Assembly: GCF_022812285.1 (NCBI RefSeq)
Contig: NZ_CP093300.1
Coordinates: 4,577,171 to 4,601,170, forward strand
Source of the DNA: Alkalihalobacillus sp. LMS39
GTDB taxonomy: Bacteria; Bacillota; Bacilli; Bacillales; Bacillaceae_F
DNA: 24,000 nt
Reading direction: 5' to 3'
Below the pieces are notes generated by a model, which ran no database searches, was not told the origin of the DNA, and saw only the letters and a program-made list of their open reading frames with translations. Shown piece after piece: positions 17,799-24,000 of this stretch (the first letter of the stretch is position 1; every line of letters starts with the position of its first letter). The position numbers and the translations under genes were made by a program.

Positions 17799-19425
17799 CG
17801 CGATATGTCATTTGTTCTGGGTAGCGAAGGTCTGTGACTTCATCTTGAATTTTTTGTGATGGAGCTGCTGTCATTTTCGAAACAACATATGTGACAAGTA
17901 AGTTTACGGGAACCCCAATTAACCCCGCTCCTGTATCTTGAATGCCAGCAATCATAAATGTTCCGCTTTGAGCAAGGAAAATATACGTTAGCGTCACAGT
18001 TAAACCGGATAACATTCCGGCAATGGCACCTGGTGCATTACATCGTTTCCACCAAACCCCTAGCAATAAAACAGGGAAGAAAGTTCCACCTGCAAGAGCA
18101 AAGGCCCAAGCGACAATTTGTGTAATTACACCTGGTGGATCAAGTGCAACAATACCGGCGACAACTGTTGCTAAGACGATTGCAATTCGTCCTGCTGCTA
18201 GACGACGTTTGTCTGTCGCTTTCGGATTCATTAACCGATAATAAATATCATGGGCAAACGACGAGGATATCGTAATTAAAAGTCCTCCGGCTGTTGATAA
18301 GGCTGCCGCCATCGCACCTGCTGCCACTAACCCAATAACAAACATTCCTAAGTTTGCAATTTCCGGTGTTGCCATCACGACGATATCATTACTAATCATA
18401 ATTTCAGACCATTCTAATATCCCGTCTCCATTTGTATCTGCAATTTGCAGTCGGCCTGTATCGACCCAGCTTTGTGTCCAAGCTGGTAGTGAATCGATTG
18501 GTTGCCCTGCGACTTGTGTCATTAAAATAAAGCGAGAAAACGCCGCATACGCAGGAGCCGATAAGTATAATAACGCGATAAAAAGAAGTGCCCATGCTCC
18601 ACTCCAACGTGCCGCCTTCATCGTTGCTACCGTATAAAAGCGAACAATGACGTGTGGAAGTGCAGCTGTCCCTACCATGAGGGTAAATAGGAGCGCAATA
18701 AATTGTGATTTTTCACTATTCGCAAACGGGGCGAAATACTCACTTAACCCAAGTTCACGGTCAAGATCGCCTAATTGACTAACAATATTTCCATATGTTA
18801 ACCACGGTAATGGGTTATTCGTAATTTGTAGCGACATAAACACAATCGGAATAATATAAGCAATAATTAAAATGATATATTGTGCGACTTGTGTCCACGT
18901 AATCCCTTTCATTCCCCCAAGGGTCGCATATATTGCAATAACGACGACTCCAATCATCGTTCCATACATGGCATCGATGTTTAAGATACGTCCGATAACA
19001 ACACCAGAACCAGAAAGCTGGCCGATGATATAAACAAAACTAATAATTATGGTCGCAATCGCCGCAATCAGCCTGGCCGGATTGGAATCAAATCGGTCTC
19101 CTATAAATTCGGGTACCGTATACCGACCATATTTTCTTAATTGTGGTGCCAATAAGAAAGTTAAGAATAAGTACCCACCAGTCCAACCCATTATATAAGC
19201 TAAACCGTCATATCCTAAAATCATGACTGTTCCTGCCATCCCGATAAAGGATGCAGCACTCATCCAGTCACCACCGATGGCCATCCCATTCCATACTGGA
19301 GGTACGCCCCGGCTTGCTACATAAAAGTCAGATGTTGCTTTTGCACGATTATAAACGGAAATTCCAATGTACAATCCAAATGTCGCCATGATCATTAATA
19401 CTGATACAATTGATTGTGAATCCAA
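17761..19425 (-). CDS. Sodium:solute symporter family (SSS) large subunit, of the type paired with DUF4212
   Basis: 554-aa polytopic protein with about 13-14 TM helices. It has SSS-type motifs (GGDWMSAASFIG, GGMKG.TWTQVAQ). The TTG start at 19425 has GAGGAGGAA upstream. It lies directly downstream of a DUF4212 gene. Confidence 0.85.
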   Translation of the reverse strand: MDSQSIVSVLMIMATFGLYIGISVYNRAKATSDFYVASRGVPPVWNGMAIGGDWMSAASFIGMAGTVMILGYDGLAYIMGWTGGYLFLTFLLAPQLRKYGRYTVPEFIGDRFDSNPARLIAAIATIIISFVYIIGQLSGSGVVIGRILNIDAMYGTMIGVVVIAIYATLGGMKGITWTQVAQYIILIIAYIIPIVFMSLQITNNPLPWLTYGNIVSQLGDLDRELGLSEYFAPFANSEKSQFIALLFTLMVGTAALPHVIVRFYTVATMKAARWSGAWALLFIALLYLSAPAYAAFSRFILMTQVAGQPIDSLPAWTQSWVDTGRLQIADTNGDGILEWSEIMISNDIVVMATPEIANLGMFVIGLVAAGAMAAALSTAGGLLITISSSFAHDIYYRLMNPKATDKRRLAAGRIAIVLATVVAGIVALDPPGVITQIVAWAFALAGGTFFPVLLLGVWWKRCNAPGAIAGMLSGLTVTLTYIFLAQSGTFMIAGIQDTGAGLIGVPVNLLVTYVVSKMTAAPSQKIQDEVTDLRYPEQMTYRDGEVWMDESVGK

Positions 19426-19487
19426 ATTGGTTCCTCCTCGTCCTACTACTCTCTACTAAGAATAGGCTACTTTTTTTGCTAACATCA

Positions 19488-19790
19488 TTAATGGTCTACT
19501 GTTTTTCCAGCGCTTAAGCGGACATTTTCTTCTTCGTTTATACCGAATTTTCTGTCTATTCTGTCGCTAACAATGGCATTGACAAACAACATAACGACAA
19601 AGGTAACAACTGCGCCTTGGGCCGCCATATAGTAGTGGAATGGCATCCCCATAAATTGAATGTTTTGCAATGATTCTGCAAAAAAGACAACACCAAATGA
19701 TGCTAATCCGCCAATAAGTAAGCAAATAACAATAATTGTATTTCTCGCTTTAAAATAAGCATCTGCTACTGATTTATCAATTTTTTTCAT
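19488..19790 (-). CDS. DUF4212 protein (putative solute:sodium symporter small subunit)
   Basis: 100 aa with two TM helices. The sequence pattern is FFAESLQNIQFMGMPFHYYMAAQGAVVTFVVMLFVNA...DRKFG, as I remember for the DUF4212/TIGR03647 family. AAAGGAGGTG SD. Confidence 0.8.
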   Translation of the reverse strand: MKKIDKSVADAYFKARNTIIVICLLIGGLASFGVVFFAESLQNIQFMGMPFHYYMAAQGAVVTFVVMLFVNAIVSDRIDRKFGINEEENVRLSAGKTVDH

Positions 19791-19816
19791 GCTTTCACCT
19801 CCTTTACAAGTTTAAC

Positions 19817-19830
19817 TGTAATCGCTTACA
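19817..19830. promoter_or_regulatory. cre box (CcpA catabolite-responsive element), full consensus match
   Basis: The plus strand reads TGTAATCGCTTACA and the minus strand TGTAAGCGATTACA. Both fit TGWAANCGNTNWCA at every defined position. It lies 27 nt upstream of the DUF4212 ATG. Confidence 0.7.
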
Positions 19831-19842
19831 AACAACTTGATA

Positions 19843-20082
19843 TTATGAGACTTTCTTGCATGTACGACATACTTTCATTGGTGTTTTTCGTTTTGCTACT
19901 AGGAAGTTAAAGAATAGAATGGGCAGGATCATGATGAAAAATATCGGTTCAAAAATAAAACTAATGAGGACAGCAACGATGACAGGTAATGTAGATAACG
20001 TAAAAAAATATTGCCAGTGGTTCATTTGTAACAAATCTGCACTACCACATTGGCAGTGAGTTGTATTCAGTTGTTTCTTCAT
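19843..20082 (-). CDS. Small two-TM protein with cysteine pairs at both termini (HCQC ... CRTC)
   Basis: 79 aa from ATG 20082 (MKKQLNTTHCQCGS...MKVCRTCKKVS), with GAGGTG just upstream. The ORF-track GTG at 20088 adds two residues. Confidence 0.5.
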   Translation of the reverse strand: MKKQLNTTHCQCGSADLLQMNHWQYFFTLSTLPVIVAVLISFIFEPIFFIMILPILFFNFLVAKRKTPMKVCRTCKKVS

Positions 20083-20084
20083 GT

Positions 20085-20261
20085 TCACCTCAAACTAAAT
20101 ATAAATTTAACCGTTTCAAAAAATGGCATTGGCACTAATATAATTTGAACGATCATATACACAAAAATTGCAACAAATGGGAGTGTGAGAAGTAAAGGTT
20201 TTTTTCGTTTAATGGCAAAAATAATACTTGCTATCGTAATGAGTAGAAATACATAGATCAT
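20085..20261 (-). CDS. Possible 58-aa two-TM peptide (below the ORF-track cutoff)
   Basis: My own translation is MIYVFLLITIASIIFAIKRKKPLLLTLPFVAIFVYMIVQIILVPMPFFETVKFIFSLR*. GGGAGG lies 9 nt upstream of ATG 20261. Its TGA stop (20087..20085) is separated by 2 nt from the start of the next small gene. Confidence 0.45.
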   Translation of the reverse strand: MIYVFLLITIASIIFAIKRKKPLLLTLPFVAIFVYMIVQIILVPMPFFETVKFIFSLR

Positions 20262-20284
20262 CTAGAACAGCCTCCCTAGTAAAA

Positions 20285-20298
20285 TGTAACCGCTATCA
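20285..20298. promoter_or_regulatory. cre box (CcpA catabolite-responsive element), full consensus match
   Basis: The plus strand reads TGTAACCGCTATCA, which fits TGWAANCGNTNWCA at every defined position. It lies in the leader between the candidate promoter (20367..20395) and the first small ORF. Confidence 0.65.
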
Positions 20299-20366
20299 AT
20301 AGTGCTGATAGTTTTTCGTTCATCTGTTTCTATACAGGCATGTTTTATGTATATTTGATATAGTAC

Positions 20367-20395
20367 ATATTATTCCAAATTTTCTAACAATGCAA
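20367..20395 (-). promoter_or_regulatory. Candidate sigma-A promoter for the small-ORF / DUF4212 / symporter operon
   Basis: On the minus strand: TTGCAT (20395..20390), a 17-nt spacer TGTTAGAAAATTTGGAA, then TAATAT (20372..20367). Confidence 0.6.
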
Positions 20396-20474
20396 CCATT
20401 ATTTTTCTACATAAAGCTACAAATTGACGTAAGAAAGCATGGAAACTTTGTTGTTGCGGAAATGAGAGAGTTGC

Positions 20475-20659
20475 GTTCGGACATATGTTCCGCTATTCTC
20501 GTCTAATCTCACTTTTTTCATAATCTATCGGACATCTATTCCGTTACTTACATTAACCACTTCTAGTTTCAGCATGATTTGATGAAATAGCGGAATACAT
20601 GTCCATTACGATTCGTAAAAGGGGCATTTTCCATACTATAACGGAACAAATGTCCGATA
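20475..20659. repeat. Structured intergenic repeat, copy E
   Basis: Modules are gttcggacatatgttccgctat (20475), tatcggacatctattccgttac (20526), atagcggaatacatgtccatta (20587) and ataacggaacaaatgtccgata (20638), giving spacing 51/61/51. It lies downstream of the ABC-2 permease gene. Confidence 0.9.
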
Positions 20660-20702
20660 GCATTGCGCACTAGAGCGCGCAATGCCAATGACAGACAACC
20701 CG

Positions 20703-21779
20703 CTACTTCATCCGTTTATCGACAAATTGAATTCCAAATGTAATAATGACGGCACCAATAAACGTTAAGAGTGCCAGTGACGGAACAATATCTTCAAGAG
20801 ACTGTTCATACATCGTCACCGCCTTTATGCTTTCTAGCGCATGTGTTAACGGTACGGCATTTGATATTGTTAATAATAAATCCGATGTGACAATTTCAAG
20901 TGGCCAGTAAGCTCCTCCTAACATTGCCATACTTACAGAAAGCAATGAGACGAATAAATCAAACTGTGTATCTGTTTGTACGAAGGCGACCAATAACAAC
21001 AGCCAGCCAACACTGACGATGATATATAACATCATCGTTATCCCAATTGCCAACCATGTTTTAGAAAAGTCAAGTCCAAATATCGTTTGAGCAACGACTA
21101 ACACGATCGCTATGTGGATAAGGCCAATGATTACTGAGAATGTTAAAAAGCCTCCGTAGATTTTCGATTTGGATAATGGTGAAAAAACATATCGGTCCCA
21201 AATTCGTTCCCGCTTCATCCGTAAAAACTCTTTTACCGTATATCCTAACGTATACATGATAAAAAACAAGCAAGAGCCAAATAACGCCTGATAACGAAAG
21301 TCAATATTAGACTCTATATTATGTGGAGTTGTCGTTAATTGAATTTGGTCAAATTCCAACTCGCTTAGTGGCTTTCCAATAATATCGTTCGCTAACTCAT
21401 TAAATTGCTGTTCTACTTTAAGCTGGTATGCGGCATTCGTCACAACCGGAATGAGTGCTTGAAGTTCCGCTTCTTCTGACAATGTAATTATCGTAACGTC
21501 ATCTGACACAACAATGTATTCTCCGATTCTGCCTTTTTTTAATGCCGCTTGTGCCTCATCCTCTTTCTCAATATAAAAGGTGAAAGAGGATTGGTCACGT
21601 AATTGCTCGATTAGACGTTGGACTTTATGTTCCTCTCCTACTACCGCTACTTCTCTTGTTGATGATTGGGTTTGTAGCCCGATAACAAACGAAAACATAA
21701 GGGTTAAGCCAATCATTAATAAATATGGGGCACTATTTCGTTTGAGTTTAATAAAGGATAACCATAGTATCGATTTCAA
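20703..21779 (-). CDS. ABC-2 type transporter permease (second permease)
   Basis: 358 aa with one N-terminal TM, a large extracytoplasmic loop of about 150 aa, and a C-terminal bundle of 5-6 TM helices. This is the typical ABC-2 membrane-protein topology. The TTG start at 21779 overlaps the upstream stop by 4 nt, and AAGGAGGGA lies upstream. Confidence 0.8.
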   Translation of the reverse strand: MKSILWLSFIKLKRNSAPYLLMIGLTLMFSFVIGLQTQSSTREVAVVGEEHKVQRLIEQLRDQSSFTFYIEKEDEAQAALKKGRIGEYIVVSDDVTIITLSEEAELQALIPVVTNAAYQLKVEQQFNELANDIIGKPLSELEFDQIQLTTTPHNIESNIDFRYQALFGSCLFFIMYTLGYTVKEFLRMKRERIWDRYVFSPLSKSKIYGGFLTFSVIIGLIHIAIVLVVAQTIFGLDFSKTWLAIGITMMLYIIVSVGWLLLLVAFVQTDTQFDLFVSLLSVSMAMLGGAYWPLEIVTSDLLLTISNAVPLTHALESIKAVTMYEQSLEDIVPSLALLTFIGAVIITFGIQFVDKRMK

Positions 21780-22918
21780 CGACCAAGTCCCTCCTTTTGC
21801 TTGAGGATCATGATACCGGCACTAGTAAAGATAATTGCTGTAATAAGTAGTGTGGCGAATGTTGGAATAAGATCAGCTTGTGAAAACCCTTGTTCTACTA
21901 AAAGTAAACCATGCATCGCCGCCCCATTTAATAAATATTGTCCAACGATTTGCATTGCCTCTGGAAAATTCGATGTTGGCGAAAAACTTCCTCCGATTAA
22001 GGCTAACAATGTCACCCCACCACTCATAAAAAAGGTAGCAAATCCTTGTGTTTCATATTTTACAGTGATCGCATATAGGAATGCACCTAGTCCTCCAACT
22101 GCAAAAGCAAGAGCAGTAAAAATGGCAAATGTGGTCAAAGGTGCGACCCAATCTACTCGAAAGATAAACGCAGCAAACACCATGAGAAATGCAAATTGGA
22201 AAGCTGTATACACAGCGAGTGCAAATCCGTTAGCCAGTAAGATTTTTGTTGGTGTGATCCCTGAAAGAAGAATGCGTTTAATGACTCCTTGTTTTACTTC
22301 TTCTTGAGCAATAAAAGCAATTGTCGCAGCTTGAAACAAAGCAAACATGACACACATTCCAATCGTATAATATTTAAAGGAAGAGATCGGTTCATAGTTT
22401 TCTTCTAATGATTGAACCTTTACATCGACTTGGTTTTCACTTTGTTGTGCGAACGTTTCTATCTTTTCAATTGTTTCTTGATTATACTCTGGTAGATTTG
22501 TGTATAACGCTTGATAATAGTTGAACTGTTGAAGAAACGAATGGATGACACTTTCAATTGCGGTTTTGGCAATGGATGCTCTTGGATTATAAATCAGTTC
22601 GTACTCGTTATTTTTTATCAAAAGAACTGCATCGGCTCCGTTATTATCTAGCGTGTTGGATATAGTAGCTTCTTCTATGAGTTTTATTTCTAACCAATCA
22701 ATTTCTTCTTCAACGACAGAAAGAATCGAAGTGACTATAGCCTCTTCATCACTTGCAATCGCTAAAGAGGTGGTGAACCCTTTTTCATCTGTTGAAAAAG
22801 CGCCTTGAAGGGACATTCCTAGAATTGTAATTAAAACGAGTGGCATCGCTAACGACAATATTAATGTCCGGTGGTCTGTGAGCATTCCTTTTACCTTCAT
22901 GAAAAATATCGTTCTCAT
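21776..22918 (-). CDS. ABC-2 type transporter permease (first permease)
   Basis: 380 aa with the same topology as its neighbour: N-terminal TM, ~160-aa loop, C-terminal TM bundle. AGAGGGG SD. Confidence 0.8.
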   Translation of the reverse strand: MRTIFFMKVKGMLTDHRTLILSLAMPLVLITILGMSLQGAFSTDEKGFTTSLAIASDEEAIVTSILSVVEEEIDWLEIKLIEEATISNTLDNNGADAVLLIKNNEYELIYNPRASIAKTAIESVIHSFLQQFNYYQALYTNLPEYNQETIEKIETFAQQSENQVDVKVQSLEENYEPISSFKYYTIGMCVMFALFQAATIAFIAQEEVKQGVIKRILLSGITPTKILLANGFALAVYTAFQFAFLMVFAAFIFRVDWVAPLTTFAIFTALAFAVGGLGAFLYAITVKYETQGFATFFMSGGVTLLALIGGSFSPTSNFPEAMQIVGQYLLNGAAMHGLLLVEQGFSQADLIPTFATLLITAIIFTSAGIMILKQKEGLGR

Positions 22919-22930
22919 TTTCAGCCCCTC

Positions 22931-23863
22931 TTAATCTCGTAACGTTTTTCCGGTTAAATATAAAAACACATCTTCTAATGTCGGCTTTTTCACATCAACG
23001 CTACGTATTTTTGTTTCGAAACGGGAAGCGAGTTCAAACAATTCACTTAGTGATATGGCGTCTTTTTCCATTAAACACACATAGGTTTTCCCCGTTTGTG
23101 TCACTTTTGATAATCGGTTGTCGTTTTGCAGTGCTTCATAAAATGGTGGATTAACTTCTTCAACAGTCATTTCCACTGTTTCTTCGGATGCAAGGATCGC
23201 GGTTAATTCTTGTTTTGTTCCTGAGGCAATGAGCTTTCCATGGTCCATAATGTAAATTCGGTCACATAAATATTCCACTTCCTCCATGTAGTGACTCGTA
23301 TAAAGCAAGCCTACTTCGTTTGTTTGGCAATACGATTTAATAAAATCAAGAATATATTTTCTAGATTGCGGGTCAATCCCTACTGTTGGTTCATCCATGT
23401 ATAGATAATTGGGGTCATGTAAAAGAGCAATTCCGATATTCAGCCTTCTTTTCATTCCACCTGAATAGTGGCGAACGAGATCGTTTTCTCTTCCGTCTAA
23501 TCCAATTGCCTTTAACACCTCTTTTACTTTTTCTTTACGTTGATTGGCTGGGAGGTTATGGAGTTTGGCAAAAAAAAGGAGGTTTTCTAAGCCACTTATT
23601 TCTTCATATAATGCTAGTTCTTGTGGTACAACACCGAGTGTTTTTCGAAAAGTAAACAAATCTTCTTGCACATCTTTTCCGTCTAGTAATACTTGACCAC
23701 GAGTCGGCGTTAATAACGTCGATAACATCGAAATCGTTGTTGATTTTCCTGCTCCGTTTGGTCCAAGTAAACCAACGACTTCCCCTTTCTCAATGGATAA
23801 CTGAATCGAGTCCACGACTGTTTTTCCTTTAAATTGTTTTGTCAGTGTCACCGCTTCTATCAT
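22931..23863 (-). CDS. ABC transporter ATP-binding protein
   Basis: Walker A GPNGAGKST, Q-loop VPQE, ABC signature YSGGMKRRL, Walker B LYMDEPTVGID, H-loop TSHYM. GAGGTGA SD. Confidence 0.9.
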   Translation of the reverse strand: MIEAVTLTKQFKGKTVVDSIQLSIEKGEVVGLLGPNGAGKSTTISMLSTLLTPTRGQVLLDGKDVQEDLFTFRKTLGVVPQELALYEEISGLENLLFFAKLHNLPANQRKEKVKEVLKAIGLDGRENDLVRHYSGGMKRRLNIGIALLHDPNYLYMDEPTVGIDPQSRKYILDFIKSYCQTNEVGLLYTSHYMEEVEYLCDRIYIMDHGKLIASGTKQELTAILASEETVEMTVEEVNPPFYEALQNDNRLSKVTQTGKTYVCLMEKDAISLSELFELASRFETKIRSVDVKKPTLEDVFLYLTGKTLRD

Positions 23864-23905
23864 GTTTTCTCACCTCATCTTCTAACGTACTTTTATCGTA
23901 GCATA

Positions 23906-23934
23906 GAAAAAACGAACGCAAATGTAGCGTTCGT
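23906..23934 (-). terminator. Rho-independent terminator of the gene lying beyond the right window edge
   Basis: On the minus strand: ACGAACGC (23934..23927), a 7-nt loop, GCGTTCGT (23919..23912), then TTTTTT (23911..23906). This insulates the ABC operon from upstream transcription. Confidence 0.75.
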
Positions 23935-24000
23935 CATCGTTTATAGCTCAATAAAATGACTTAAGTCACTTTTTTTCAAGTCTCATGACATTGGTTAGAC

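Noticed and set aside
21801-22307. Other long antisense ORFs lie inside well-supported genes (21801..22307 +, 7640..7903 +, 16103..16444 +, 17483..17824 +, 18023..18241 +, 11507..11773 +, 12188..12451 +, 23386..23655 +, 643..1038 -).
   Set aside because: Each lies fully within a gene with strong family motifs on the other strand. None has a ribosome-binding site or recognisable motifs.
23957-23968. The palindrome TGACTTAAGTCA is followed by a T-run near the right window edge.
   Set aside because: The stem is only 4-5 bp, too weak for a terminator. It could be an operator, but the gene it would serve lies outside the window.

Overview
This is a low-GC Firmicutes (Bacillaceae-like) chromosomal segment, judged from strong GGAGG-type ribosome-binding sites, cre boxes, LicT/RAT riboregulators and a sortase. 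I support about 23 protein genes, and all but the first lie on the minus strand. From left to right the window contains:
- a methyl-accepting chemotaxis protein;
- an AlaX-type tRNA trans-editing protein;
- a monocistronic XRE-HTH regulator fused to a complete desulfoferrodoxin / superoxide-reductase-like module;
- two translationally coupled membrane proteins of unknown function, one of them an internal duplication, followed by two small membrane ORFs;
- a licT-bglP-bglH beta-glucoside PTS operon with two RAT/terminator switches;
- a lipoprotein;
- a sortase locus whose two substrates (an LRR/Fn3 surface protein and a GH18 chitinase) both end in LPKTAT sorting signals;
- a cre-controlled operon with two tiny membrane proteins, a DUF4212 small subunit, an SSS symporter, a cNMP/CBS/DUF294 nucleotidyltransferase and a DEDDh exonuclease;
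- a three-gene ABC-2 exporter.

The most striking signal is non-genic. Five copies of a ~185-bp structured intergenic repeat are present. Each is built from four ~22-bp imperfect-palindrome modules (core CGGACAT-NN-GTTCCG and its complement), two in each orientation, with module spacing of 51/61/51 bp in every copy. Each copy starts within about 70 bp downstream of the stop codon of a minus-strand gene. I cannot assign it to a named repeat family from memory. It looks like a REPIN/BIME-like or MITE-like element, or a structured 3'-UTR RNA. No rRNA, tRNA, CRISPR array, transposase or phage gene is visible. All coordinates and motif matches were read by eye and no database search was possible.
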